Below the pieces are notes generated by a model. It was not told where the DNA came from. It saw only the letters and a list, made by a program, of their open reading frames with translations, and did no database searches. From assembly GCF_006345805.1 (NCBI RefSeq), contig NC_042997.1, forward strand, positions 151,280,001 through 151,344,000: DNA of 64,000 bases, read 5' to 3'. The DNA is from Octopus sinensis (Eukaryota). The position numbers were made by a program, and so were the translations under genes. Positions 1-13,078 of this stretch are shown in pieces (within the stretch, counting starts at the first letter, position 1; every line of letters begins with the position of its first letter).

Positions 1-760
1 AAACAGTTCCGCAACCATAGGATGAATTTGATCAGATAAAATGCTTAAATTGTCTTGACTATTAATCTGCCATGAAGGGAAACCATTGGGCCGGAGGTTT
101 TCCAAGATATAGCCCCCCCCCCCGATCATCACAGATCCTCCTCCATGTTTAACAGTTGGAAGAAGACAGCCTAGGTCAAATGCGTCTTTTGGCTGTCTCG
201 ACATGTAAACTCGGCCGGTGGTTGGAAATGAGATAAAGGATGACTCATCCGAGAAAATAACATTCTTCCACTGCTCTAGGGACCAATTCTGTATGTTTTT
301 ACTCCATTCTAAATGCATGCAAATTTGTTTTTGAAAGTAGTGGTTTTCTGATTGCAGCCCACCTGTGAAATTCGGGTTTGTGCAGCTCCCGGCGATAACC
401 CAGCTCACCTGGTTTACCCAGTTTTTTTTGGGGGGGGGGGAATCTGGGTTATCTTGGTGGCCATTAAGCTCTGCAGTAATTTTGGGAGCTGAACCTTTGT
501 GATTCTTTCACATAATTCGCGTAAGATTCCGACAGTCCCTCTCTGAAAATTTTGGTTTTCTTCCGGAGATTTGTTTCGACGAGGAGGATTTTCCTTCTTT
601 CTCAATGTCTGTCACTACTTTCGAGAGATTACTTCTTGATACACCAAACTTTTCGGCTGTTTTCGTTACGCTGGCTCCTGCCATACGAGCACAAACAACT
701 TGACCTCTTTGAACGTCCAATAGCTCTATCATTTTAATGAATTTGAATTACCTATTTCTG
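1..760 (-). mobile_element. Tc1-like DNA transposon relic (HTH plus first half of DDE domain, frameshifted; continues beyond window start)
   Basis: ORF 508..732 reads like a Tc1 N-terminal HTH (RGQVVCARMAGASVTKTAEKFGVSRS...GRKPKFSERDCRNL). The minus strand gives WKNVIFSDESSF ending near 236 (W codon at 268-270) and PTVKHGGGSVMI near 125-160, both typical Tc1 motifs. Confidence 0.85.
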
Positions 761-1080
761 ATGATATCTGAAAAGAAACAGCAATTTTAGCAAAACATAT
801 AAAGCAACACTAATAATAAATAAAAAACATGAAAATAAACAAGCTTTTGACGGTTTTATAGATATTTCAAAATTATGATGCTATGATGCTAGGTGTTTCC
901 ATTATATATATATTAGCAAATCCAGCCTAATTTAGATGCACTGTTTATCACGCCGTAGAATGCCAGTGAACGTTCGTCGCGAATAAGCATTTCGTGTAGA
1001 GGACCAATACTAAGAGGTATCGAAATCTCATCGTTTGACGTAATTTCTACAGCACCGATAGAAAACACGACCGTCTGAAA

Positions 1081-1629
<549 letters not shown>

Positions 1630-1908
1630 GTAGTCTTGCCGTTTGTTGTTTTCTCTATATAGTCAATAGAGAAAATAAGATTAGCTTTGTCTGTTGTGGC
1701 ACTATAACTTCCTGAAATTTTTATGTATAAATTAAACAATTTAAGTCATCAGTTTTGTGTGTATCAAGTCTTTGTGGAATCTAGTCTACTCTTGCGAAAT
1801 TTGCATAATTCACCTTTGCGACAGTATATATCACATTAGAAAATTTATCATCAGGTTTACCTAATGCTGACTCTGTATAGATAGGACATACTTCTTTTTA
1901 GAGTTATA

Positions 1909-2406
1909 TCTATTATATAAAATCTGTTCTGTCTGTGTGTGTGTGTGTATCTTCTAGGATCTCAGGCATCCTCCATCCGATTGCGCTCAAATTTGATATG
2001 TAGACACCGACGGTATCAGGGCGTGTATATGGTGAGAATGCGATCGATAAACCCGTTTTTTTCATGCTTTTCTTCCGTCAACCTGTACATAACTGCACCT
2101 TCCATTTTTGTTGTTTTTGTCTTAAAGGCACATTTCTTTCCTGCCAAGCTTACATTTCTTTCCTCCCAGTCAACAGCCTTATCATTACTGATACTCTAAA
2201 CTCTTCCGTTGCATATTTGTGTGAATAAAATCGTTTTTCTTTGGAAAAGAAAAAAGTCTATCTTTATTTCTTCTTTTGCTGGTGTCTTAAATTTAGGTTA
2301 AATCAGTGTTTCTCAAAGGGGACGGTCGGACAAGTGGTTTTGAGAAAATTTGGTTTAAATATTTGACAACTCAGCACCGTCCATCGGACGGGGGACGTTT
2401 TGCTTG
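1909..2406 (+). mobile_element. Short non-autonomous Helitron-like element
   Basis: 5' end A|TCTATTATATAAAATCTG followed by a TG run. 3' end has a GC hairpin CCGTCC-ATC-GGACGG (2377-2391), then CTTG|T at 2403-2407 (CTRR-like, one mismatch). Confidence 0.55.
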
Positions 2407-2423
2407 TAAGTATATATATATAA

Positions 2424-2455
<32 letters not shown>

Positions 2456-2457
<2 letters not shown>

Positions 2458-2761
2458 AGGCGCAATGGCCCAGTGGTTAGGGCAGCGGACTCGCAGTCGT
2501 AGGATCGCGGTTTCGATTCCCAGACCGGGCGTTGTGAGTGTTTATTGAGCGAAAAACACCTAAAGCTCCACGAGGCTTCGGCAGGGTGGGGTGTCGATCC
2601 CTGTTGTACTCTTTCGACACAACTTTTCTCACTCTTTCTTCTGTCGGGGTGCACGCTTAGCCAGCGGGGTTGCGTCATTTGGAGGCTAAAACAATGCGAA
2701 GCGCATTGTGACCTGCGATGTGTAGCAATATCTGATAGCCTGGTCGGTCACGACGATCACG

Positions 2762-2764
<3 letters not shown>
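2456..2764 (+). mobile_element. tRNA-derived SINE
   Basis: A box TGGCCCAGTGG and B box GGTTTCGATTCCC in a tRNA-like head, a non-tRNA body, and a (TA)n tail; preceded by (TG)n. Confidence 0.85.
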
Positions 2765-2801
<37 letters not shown>

Positions 2802-3076
2802 TTGATGCCAGTTCAAATATGCTTTTGGCATATTTGAACCAGTTAGAAATTCATTCACTATATTTTGTCAAGGAGGAAATTTCTCCTAGTGAGATTGCGG
2901 AAAGCAACCATTTCGGCGTGGTTGTCTCCCCCTCCTCCCAGCGAGAGGAACCGCAAAGGGAGAGGCTGCAAACGGAAACGAGAAGCAAGCATCTCTTGTG
3001 CTATTCCTATGGTTGACCAATTTAGCGGTTCCCCAATAATAGAATGCGGGGTGAAGTGCTAAGCAGTGATTAGTTT

Positions 3077-3077
3077 A

Positions 3078-3129
<52 letters not shown>

Positions 3130-3208
3130 TTACTACTACTACTGCTGCTGCTGCTGCTACTGCTGCTACTGCTGCTGCTGCTGCGCCTACTACCACTACT
3201 AAAACTAT

Positions 3209-3257
<49 letters not shown>
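3077..3257. repeat. (ACT)n/(GCT)n trinucleotide microsatellite
   Basis: Directly visible; explains the poly-Thr/poly-Ser ORFs. Confidence 0.97.
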
Positions 3258-3258
<1 letters not shown>

Positions 3259-4097
3259 TTGCAGTGACACTGTATTATTACTGATGTGTTCAATAAGCTA
3301 TAGAGACAACATGAAGCCCTCCCCATCCACCGACAAAGAAATCCAACGATTTTATGTTAACTTTCCAGTAAATTGAAATAGCTCAAATTCTAGCAAATCA
3401 TATACGAATGACGTAAGCAACGAAAGAATAATTGGGCAAAGTATTCAAACCAATGTTTGAAAATACATCTCATTTACATCTTAAAGTAACATTTTTCACC
3501 TCTTGGCAGGCAGTACAGCAGAGTTAGAAATATGAGCTAGATAATATTTTCTTATTCTACTTCTGTAGTATGAACTAGAAATGAGGTTGCACTTTCGACG
3601 CTGAAGCACTTTCAAAATTAATATTACATTCCCCTGTTTGACTTGTTTATTTACTATAATATGAAAACATTTCAGAAAATACATGAAATCTACCTTAAAC
3701 TTATAAATCTTTTTTTTTTTTTTAGATTAGAAATATATTATCACTATTTAAAAAATAATATGATTATTATATTGCACTAAGAAACATTTTATCACTTTAT
3801 CAATAAAAAAAAAAACGTTATTATTATATTTCTAATACCAAAATAGTTCAAGCCTCTTAAGGGAATAATTATGAGATCAGGAATTAAAAAGGATAATAGA
3901 AAAACACGGAAAATTCTCTTGTACTCTTATTCATCGGAATCATAGTAGTAAAAATTCGACAGTGTAACTAGTGAAGGTAAAAGTAGTGAAACGGAATAAT
4001 ATTCCATCCATTTTACGATTCATTTATACCAAAAGGAATATGAGGTTGTCCCGAGTTTGCTAATAAGATTATCGCCGAATGGACATAGTTTTATTAC

Positions 4098-4363
4098 TTT
4101 TCTGACATTTCGTTAAGTACCATTGAATAGTGCTTATTAATCGCTAGAAATAAATATTGGACAATACTTGGCACAGTTTTCCAATTTCCAAATATATCGT
4201 TTAGAAAATTATCGCATATTATTTCATATTTAATTACTTTAGGACTTGGCTGAGTTTTAAATATATCAACATGACGCCTACACAAAGAATGGCCACTGAC
4301 ACAAGCTAGAAAGATTGCTTCTACGTAATCAGTCGACGCACTTGAAAAGGCAGCCAAATCTTC
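4098..4363 (-). CDS. Candidate coding exon of an unidentified gene
   Basis: About 90 open codons of complex protein-like sequence (LAAFSSASTDYVEAIF...ICDNFLNDIFGNWKTVPSIVQYLFLAINKHYS) ending at a possible donor AA|GTAATA. The acceptor is weak. Confidence 0.3.
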
Positions 4364-4902
4364 CTCAAGTCACAATCTATCGACTTTATTTGTATTGTAA
4401 AAACATGATGATTACTCGCAAAATTAATATTCACACATGTGAACGAGACTTCCTCAATTGAGCAGTTCACTCTACTAGGAATAGCTGTTCTAACATCTCT
4501 TTACTAAAATGCGTTTTGATAAATTAAATAAATCATTTGATAGACCCCGCTTCTCAAAGTGCGACTCATTATTTTGATCCCTAGGTCGAAGGTTATCTAC
4601 TAAGGAAGGAATCGTCGTTTCCTATAATTCTCAACCGTAAAAGTTCTAGGGGCAACATCGCTATGAAAAATAATTTTGAAATGTGTTGCTCATTTTGTAT
4701 CGATCTTAACGATAATCACAAAATCTTGAATTATCACTCTCATTCCCTCATGCCACCAATACTGGCACCGCCTTAGCTATATAAATAATCGTTAGTCTCC
4801 TCAATACCTTCACCCTTCTCTATCAATCTCTTCAAGATTATATTCGTTCCCTGTATACATAGAAGCTCATTTCATTGCGCCCTACAAACTTAAGTGCAAC
4901 AC

Positions 4903-5191
4903 CTTGTACTTGCCAAATATCTTCTCGTTCTACTGATTTCTAACATCTCAAACGCGATAGAAAAACCAACTGACGAAATTATCGTGAAAGTAGGAAAAGC
5001 TTTTGCCCATGTATCGAACGAAAATTTTCTTTCACAAACGTCTGATTGAAACCCATATGTCTTTCGTCTCTTGGCCATTTCTCTCAACCAGTCCTCATCA
5101 CAAGGTTCACGTTTTTTCCTCACACTTGTCGTGTTAAACACCAGATGCATATTGCTCTCAACATCCCTAATAATATTACTCTGCCTAAAGA
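4903..5191 (-). CDS. Candidate coding exon of an unidentified gene
   Basis: Strong acceptor TTAATTTTTTACAG| at 5192, then a frame open across the segment (FRQSNIIRDVESNMHLVF...WLREMAKRRKTYGF...RRYLA). Possible donors at 4910 (A|GTACAA) or 4903 (AG|GTGTTG). Confidence 0.35.
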
Positions 5192-5459
5192 CTGTAAAAA
5201 ATTAAAATTAATGATTAAATGAAATGAAAATGTATGTAAAGTTGTGTATATATATATATAAAGGGAAATTTTACGAAAATAAACAAAAGACGAAGGCAGG
5301 TGGTGTACAAACAAACAAATGTATTAGTATAGCGCTCAAGAATAGAAAAAGTATTTTACGTTTCGAGCCTACGCTCTTCCACAGAAAGATACACAGAAAA
5401 AAGCAAGGAGAGAAACAAGGAGAGAAATATACATACATACATATATATATATATATATC

Positions 5460-7135
5460 CGTAAAGATGACAAAAGCTCAGGGAGATGAACTAAGATAGA
5501 AAGTGAGACAGGTACTAGATTAAAATCAAAACTTCCGAAACCAAACATCACTAAGAAGAATAATTCGCTATCAAAACACTACAGAGTGACATTTGCAGCC
5601 TACTACTTCCAAAGGAATGCTACAGTAGGGATGAACAAGTCTGACTACTCTGAAACATTGGCAAGTCTCATTAGTGATGGTAGCCACAGCAAAGTAAAAA
5701 AGACCCAACTCTGAAAAGAGAGAAGTTGTCACAGGTCTTTACAATGAAGTACAGACAACTGACTCAACACTACAGGAAGCTACTCCACATGTATGGTCTC
5801 CCTAAGGTTCACAACAGTGGTATTCAATTAAGATTTACAGTGAGCTGTAGAGGTTCAGCATGTTATCTACTGAGCCGCTTCCTTGTGGATATAATCAGTA
5901 CATTAGAAGGAAAGTCAGCATGTACGTGAAGAATTCCATCCACTTCACTGAATTAACCAAGGATACCCCCATTGGATCCAACCAGATGGCGAGTCTAGAT
6001 GTGATAAGGCTGTTCACCAAAGTCTCCACTGATGAAGCAACGTCAGTGATTCAAGAAAAACAGGTGACAGACACCTATTTAAAAACGCACATGTACACCA
6101 ATAGGAAACTTGGTGGAAATGATCTTCTTGTAGAAACTAACTACTTCAGAATGTACACTGATATATATCGACAAGAAGAGGGTTTAGCTATGGGTTCGCC
6201 ATTATCACCAATAATAGCCAATATACACATGAAATACTTTGAGAAGTTGGCTTTAGGATCAACACTAATAAAACCAATCCTTTCGCTGCGATATGTTCAT
6301 GATACCTTTATAATCTGGCACCACCAGGAAGATGTACATGTACTGTTAGATCATGTAAACTCAATAAAACTATACATACAGTTCACAATGGAAAAGGAAA
6401 AAAAAAACAATCAGCTAGCATTCCTGGACATATTAATAACACGCACCAAATATTGATCCATGAGATCTGTATACCGCAAGCCGACCTTCACTGGACGTTA
6501 CTTCAACTTCAATTCCCACCATCCTACAGTGTAAAGAGAGGGACCCCTCAGTGCCTAAAACATTGAGCAAAGAATGTAAGTAGCAATCCTCATACACACC
6601 ACGAAGAAATAATCAAGCTCAGTAACAATCTAGTAAGCATCAACTACCCCAAAACATATTATCCACTCCAATTATGAAGTAAAGACAGGATGAAACCCAC
6701 AAACTGTCTACAGTCTGTCTAGCCTATGTGAAAGGCTTATCCGAAACGATACAAAAGATGCAGGGTCTATATGACATTAAGACAGTATACAAAAATAATA
6801 CAACCCGTCGCAAATATCTCCAAATAGGACCAAAGACTGCTTTTACTCCATCCTATGCTGCTTTGGTAGGTTATACAAAGGTGAAAAATGCCACCCCCTC
6901 GAATAGGAGTGGTAGAGGAAATGACAAAGCTGTGACGCGAGGAAATATCGATAACTCGGGTATAGCTGATTATGTATAGAAGAACGGAGACCTCCTTTCA
7001 CTGTGAGAACACAACTGGAAAATACGAAAACTAAAAGAGGCAGCACATATGCTAGCACATAACCTCCTAAGCAGACATAGCATATGGGAAACGGTATTAA
7101 TGAGGGATAGGAAAATATTAGATTTATAAGCCTTA
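5460..7135 (+). mobile_element. Penelope-like retroelement (RT + GIY-YIG), degenerate
   Basis: MYGLPKVH; SLDVIRLFTKV; GLAMGSPLSPIIANIHM; LRYVHDTF (YVDD-equivalent); LAFLDILI. Decayed GIY-YIG-like C-terminus (YSI-C..., SGIADYV, RKLKEAAHML). Several frameshifts. Confidence 0.9.
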
Positions 7136-7199
7136 AAATTCATTCCATAATTGCCCAAAGGCATATGGCGTAGTGGTTAAGAGCTACTAAAACCCAAAT

Positions 7200-8895
7200 C
7201 CTATAACAGGTAGATGCAAATCTATCTAATAACATGTCTACGAAAATCAGGCGTAACTTGGCGATCACCTTTCTTCGTCTTGACTTTACTTGGTAGAGTG
7301 TGCTTGTTAACTTGACAAGTTCAAGGTGAGCTCTGTTTGCCTCTATGTAAATGAGTTCATTACTGGAGTCTGGAACTCTCGTGGGAAAAAAATCACGCAT
7401 ACCGGCCGTCGTCTAATGATGTTGACTAGTGAGCTAATTTTTTGGGGTTTCATCAATTTGTAACGATATAATTTTGGATTAACAATAAGGCTCCAGGTTG
7501 ATAAGAACTGGCACGAGGTGGCTAACAGATTGGCCAATGTGACACAGAAATGAGCTGAGAAGAAGCTGTCCCTGAATGGTCGGGCAGAGATGGCGAATGC
7601 CTCCGTTATCATTTATCGCCTGACCGTCGTGCTTTGTCCCGGTTACTGCTTGAAAGTCTGGAGCGTCTCCTATTAAAATTGTTGAGGAAGGACGCGTTCC
7701 AATGATTAGGCGGTCAGTCTGTTGCCAGCATCCTCTGAGTGGTGGGTTAGGTATGCCTTGGCTCCTAATGTGCAGACATGTTCTTATGTTACACCAACTG
7801 CAACGATTTCTGAACGGTGTACGTGTGTGAGGTCCGTTTTTGAGGCTCGTTTTCCGCATTTCGTCACCTTGACGGAGCTGCAGTCATGGGTGAAGAAAAG
7901 ACCGAGACTAGGCGCCTGGTTAATAGAATAGTGTCAGGTGCTCACATCACTCTACCAGTCGGGCTATGGGATCCGTAGATGTTCCACTCTAAAAATTTAT
8001 AGAGGATTGGTGGCGGAGAAGTGCGACGACGTTCTCGAAGAAACTCTAGGCGCCGACGAGAACGAACTAATCTCTTCCGGAGGACTTTCCGGTCGGGAAC
8101 TATCATGGATAATTTCCAGCAGTCCTTGGCCTGGCAGTACTAACGGGGTGGGGGGATACCGGTTCGAGATAAACTCTACAGGCACATACGTACTGCCAGA
8201 AGGGCTTGTCCGAGGTGCACGCAGAAGGACAAAACTTTCTGAACGCCCTCGTTCAGTGTTAAGGCACTACTGACTTGTGGGGTTATATCGAACATCTGTT
8301 GTTACGTGTGGCACGGACCCGTCTCTCGACGGAAACTGTAGTGACCATTTCACCGGCAACTTCATTAAATCGGTCAGGCAAGGCAGTTTTTCTTTACCTG
8401 GTGGCTGTAGCGAAAGAGGATATTTGGCTGACAAAGCTGAAAGACATGAGGACAGATATATTTCTTTTTGGTAGAGCTCTCATTGAATTCTTGAAGTTTC
8501 TCTTGAAAACGAAATTGAAAGTGGAAAGGGAAGTGTTGTCGTCGAGTATGTTTATTGAAAGGTGAGTGAAAGTTGCGAAAATGACAACAGTGCATGGTAC
8601 TTCTCTAAGGCAATTGCTCCCGGGGTTTCAGGGAATTTCGGACAGTGGAGTTCCTCGATTATCACCAGATGCCTTCCTGTATCTGGAGGGCCACATCTCT
8701 ATCATCCTCCTCACCACTCTTTTTTTAACGTTTTAATGCTATGCATGTGCACCTTCATTTTAAGTGTATATAGTGTATACTTAATTTCTTTCTTTCTTTC
8801 GTGTTTTTATAATTTCTTTGTATGTAAACCCCCGCACATTATGTCCGTTTATGCATTTCCCCTTATCCTTCGCCATTGTGGCAAATAAATAAAAT
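7200..8895 (+). mobile_element. Tx1/L1-clade LINE, 5'-truncated and decayed (post-RT region, Cys-rich C-terminus, 3' UTR, A-rich tail)
   Basis: Frames give KKLSLNGRAEMAN, RRSVCCQHPLSGGLGMPWL, DNFQQSLAWQY, PVRDKLYRH...CPRC, FLKFLLKTKLKVEREVL. Ends AATAAATAAAA at about 8885-8895. Confidence 0.8.
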
Positions 8896-8899
8896 CAAC

Positions 8900-9980
8900 T
8901 TTATTGTTATTTATTGTCTTTACACAGCTTCTAACGCTAGATATGTACTACGTTGCCAGCTCTTAACTGTCAGTGAACTGATGTAACACCACTTATTCTT
9001 CGAGCACCATCCGGAGTATTCGAGCGGTTCCAAGCAGTGCTGTTTTCTGCAAGTGCTCTACCCTTATTGCAACCCCTATTCGTTTCATGTACCTGTCAAG
9101 ATTTTTACTCACTGTTCCCAGGGCTCCGACAATAATTGGTACCATTACCCCCTTTTTTCAGCGATCACAGCTGCATATACACTGCATCAACGAGACTTGG
9201 GCTTCATCTTTACCATAAAGTTTGAAGTCATCCATGAATAACAAATGGTTGACTTTTTTTGGCGGCTTTTGAATACATACCCAGCTTTTGCTTTCCTCAG
9301 AATCAGTGTTAGTGTTATCAAGCACAGTACAAATATTAGTGGGGACAGGCAGTCCCCTTGGAAGATGCCCCTCCTAGTTTCTACTGTCCCTAAACTTCTT
9401 CCATGTGCTGTCAGGTCCGTCCTCCATTTCGCCATACTTTTTCCAAGCAATCGCTTAACATTCGATGAAATACCAAATAGGTTCATACATTCCATAATCC
9501 AAGAATGTGGAATCATATCGTACGCCTTACGATAGTCGATTCATGACATGGCTGAGTTACTTTTCCTCTTCTTTCAGTTTCTAATTACAGTTTTGTCTAT
9601 CAGGAGTTGATCCTTTTTACCTCTGCACTTACGCTTGCAAACCTTCAGCTTGAGTGGCAGAACACCAGTTTTATCAGGTGTTCGTACATTGACTCTGCGA
9701 GTATTCCAGTCAATAATTTCCACATAAGTGGCAAACAGAATATCTTCCTGTAATTGTCTACCGTATTGCCTTTTTCGATGTTTTTGAGGCACAGCACTGT
9801 CCTACCCAATGTTAACCAGTCTGGTGTCCCTCTGTTGGAATTTAACAATTTGTGGAGTTGCGCAGCTATTCGTGCATGCATGATATTCACCAAATCTTTT
9901 GATCCAGTAGCCTTGAACTCCATCTGGTTCAGGGCCTTCCAGTTGCTAATTTTTTTGCTGATTTCCTTCACTTATTATCA
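8900..9980 (-). mobile_element. R4/Dong-type RLE non-LTR retrotransposon, 5'-truncated with internal deletion
   Basis: PDWLTLGRTVL...NYRKIFCLPLMWKLLTG; RRGIFQGDCLSPLIF; then directly VMVPIIVGALGTV...LQKTALLGTARILR. AAT-like sequence at both ends. Confidence 0.9.
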
Positions 9981-10474
9981 TTATTACTTCTTTAACCATA
10001 TGCCTTACCACAATCACCTATGCTCTCTCATGCTCATGAAATCATGAATATGAAATTGTAATGCCTTTTATACATATTTCAAAATGCGTCAATGTTCCTA
10101 GCAGGTATGTGGGCAACTACATATTACATTGCGTGTCTTATTGACTATATATGAAGAATCATGCAGGAAATTATTCATAGCGATTATATAAATTTACATA
10201 GAGGTTTAAATATAAAGGCAACATATTCACGCATACCATTGTAATGTAACTGTGCATGAAATAAACCTCCTATGTCGACACAAACACACATTGCATCATA
10301 GAGATATATGCACTAGAATGCATAAATATACACACGGAGATGCACGCACTAGAATGCATATACATAGATAGAGATGAACTTTTTATTTAAATGTATATGA
10401 ATACATACGTATTCGCATATCTGTAGAAATGCATATGCACAAACCCGTATGTACGTGATGCATACACAGGCACA

Positions 10475-10477
10475 CAG

Positions 10478-10518
<41 letters not shown>

Positions 10519-10590
10519 CATGTATGTATGTATGTATGTATGTATGTATGTATGTATGTATGTATGTATGTATGTATGTATGTATGTATG
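10475..10590. repeat. (CA)n/(TA)n/(TATG)n microsatellite
   Basis: Directly visible. Confidence 0.95.
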
Positions 10591-11101
10591 TGTCAGTGTG
10601 TGTGAATTGTTTTGCATGTATACGTCTTTAAAGAGGCACGTATTTCTGCTGGGTGAAGTTGCATCGGATGTTCGTACGGTATGTATTACTTAATAATAGG
10701 ATAAAGGTTGACATGAAAAGTCACGTTGCGTTATGAAATAATCTGGTGTCGGTGTGCAAAAACGATTCACTATGTCTGCATGAGATTCACTGCAGTAATC
10801 TTAGTTAACTGAAGAATTGATGTGCAAAAGATGTAAGATTATATTCAAAGACCCTACTGCGCTATTATATTTTAGGAATAATTCGTAGTTACAAGATTCT
10901 ATCAAATGTACACAATGAAACATTTTAGAAATATATATAAATAATGAAACCTCTTGAATTGCATTTAGGAAAGGATTTCTATAGCGACACTTAATTCTAA
11001 ACACGTGCACTCATGCACACACGTATGGATTTAATGTTAGACAATATTAGTTTTCATACTATATCCACACAGTGTATATAGTATATATACATATATATAT
11101 A

Positions 11102-11139
<38 letters not shown>

Positions 11140-11260
11140 TATATACATAGAATTTGCGTTGTGTTGTCCGTGGGCACTGATGGCAAAAAGACAAGAACAG
11201 AATACCTTGTAGTACTTTTATCTGTTACAATGTAGCTTCAATTCAATCATGCTCTACATA

Positions 11261-11673
11261 GGCGCAGGAGTGGCTGTGTGATAAGTAGCTTGCTTACCGA
11301 CCGCATGTTTCCGGGTTCAGTACCACCGCGTGGCACCTTGGGCAAGTGTCTTCTAGTATAGCCTCGGGCCGACCAAAGACTTGTTAGTGAATTTGGTAGA
11401 CGGAAACTGAAAGAAGCCCGTAGTATATGTATGTATAAATATAAATATGTATGTATGTGTGTGTATATGCCTTTGTTAGTCTACTCCCCGCCATCACTTG
11501 ACAACCGATGCTGGTGTGTTCACGTACTCGTAACCTAGAGGTTCGGCAAAAGAGACCGATAGGATAAATACTAGGCCTACTGAGAATAAGTCCTGGGATT
11601 GACTTGCTCGACTAAACGGCAGTACTCCAGCATGGCCGCAGTCAAATGACTGAAACAAGTAAAAACAATAAAA
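11261..11673 (+). mobile_element. tRNA-derived SINE, family A (CORE-like centre), near full length
   Basis: tRNA-like head GGCGCAGGAGTGGCTGTGTG...GGGTTCAGTACC, then GCACCTTGGGCAAGTGTCTT (resembles the CORE-SINE core). Related pieces at 26970, 37150, 47703 and 56985. Confidence 0.85.
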
Positions 11674-11954
11674 GACTACTCCAGGTTCAGTGAAGGGCGG
11701 AAGAATGTCAGAAGTGCTGGAATTTCAGATAGTTGGCAGTAATTGTATTAATTCTTTTCATTCTGACAGCAGCAAATTTGACTGGACATTCATAAATCAC
11801 GCTCGAATCATACATCGACAAAATTGGTGTTCTGGCGAAGTGAGATTTCCAGATCTCTTTTTGCTGGCACAAGAAGATCATGTGCTTTAGAGAGAGTGTG
11901 GAGGCAGTGAGAGATTTGAGAGGGGGAGGGACACCAGATTAGCAGAAATGGTTA

Positions 11955-12175
11955 GGCGAGCTGGCAGAAACGTTAACGCGACGAGCAAAATGCTTAGCGG
12001 TACTTTGTCTGCCGTTACGTTTTGAGTTCAAATTCCGCTGATGTCGACTTTTCCTTTCATCCTTTCAGGATCGATTAAATAAGTACCAGTTACGCACTGG
12101 AGTCGATATAATCGACTTAATCCGTTTCTCACTCCTTGTTTGTTCCCTCGTTTTGTAGCCCCTTGTAGGTAGTAA
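11955..12175 (+). mobile_element. tRNA-derived SINE, family B
   Basis: GGCGAGCTGGCAGAAACGTTA...GAGTTCAAATTCCGC-GA-GTCGACTTT-CCTTTCATCCTTTC-GG-TCGAT; many homologues in the window. Confidence 0.85.
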
Positions 12176-12229
12176 ATATAAGAAATGGTTTTGAAAATAT
12201 AATTTCTTATATGAATACCGTATATAAAG

Positions 12230-13078
12230 ACATCTGGATACAGTTTGGTTCTGAAGTGGCAAATGTTCATAGAATATTTCATAAAAAGGTGAACATGCGC
12301 AAATTTGTGCAAAGTTTATTCCCAAGTTCCTCAGTGTCGAACAGGAGCAAAACCGCGTTGGTGACAACTAGGAGATTGTTCTGCACATTACCTCGAATGT
12401 AAGAATACTTGAGTCTCTTGTGACCTATGAAGAATCCTGGATCTACTGTGACAATCCAGAGATCAAAGAGATAACCGGCTTCAAGGAAGTACACCGGCTC
12501 CTCCAGACCCGAAAATGTTTGGAAAAGCAAGTCAACTGTGGCGCTCATGATGATTCTTTTTTTCGAAATCAAGGGCATTGTCTACATCCACTGGATTTTG
12601 ACTGGGCAAACACATAGTCAACAAGTTTATTTTTGTGGATGAGTTTAGGAAATTTAGGAAGAGATTTCGTCGCAGAAGGCCAGAGTTCGTCCTGTTGGGT
12701 CGGAGTAAGCTGTTTTAGGGCAATGCACCAGTTTATAATTCCAATCTGGTAACCAACAACTAAATAGAGACGGGTATCAAAACTATTCATTATCCTTCCA
12801 GACTTTGTCCCCTGTGATGTTTGTTTTCTCCTCAAACTGAAGGAGGACCTCAGAGGCAGTCGCTTTGAAGACGTTGAGGAGATGAAGAAGGCTGTAACAA
12901 TGCTCCTTGGCACTTTGACTTTGGAGGACATCCATGGAACCCTCGCAAGTTGGTTAGGGCACTGCAACAAGTGCATTGAAGTCAAAGGATACTAATATGA
13001 AGATTAGAGTTTTGTACTTCTTTGCAATGATTGTCTTCTCTGAAAAAGCCTCAAAACGTCTGGAGAGCACCATATACA
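12230..13078 (+). mobile_element. Mariner-like transposon relic (catalytic domain and 3' TIR)
   Basis: VTYEESWIY (TGDE-W-equivalent); LPDFVPCDVCFLLKLKEDLRGSRFEDVEEMKKAV (YSPDLAP region); KCIEVKG. TIR-like end followed by TA near 13075. Confidence 0.85.

Noticed and set aside
2456-2535. Possible tRNA gene
   Set aside because: A and B boxes are present, but the anticodon stem pairs poorly and the sequence runs into a SINE body. The same applies to the heads at 11261, 11955, 47703 and 54548.
2880-3065. GC-richer patch with CCAAT motifs as a promoter
   Set aside because: Short, few motifs, no linked exon; insufficient support.
4894-5046. Plus-strand peptide ...HVSNENFLSQTSD resembling the heparanase N-terminus
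   Set aside because: Bounded by stops, no start codon or acceptor, motif spacing is off, and it is antisense to a better exon candidate. Likely chance.
11085-11145. Phase-shifted (TA)n tracts (TTA/TAA interruptions), recurring across the window
   Set aside because: Best explained by slippage or sequencing and assembly error in TA runs.
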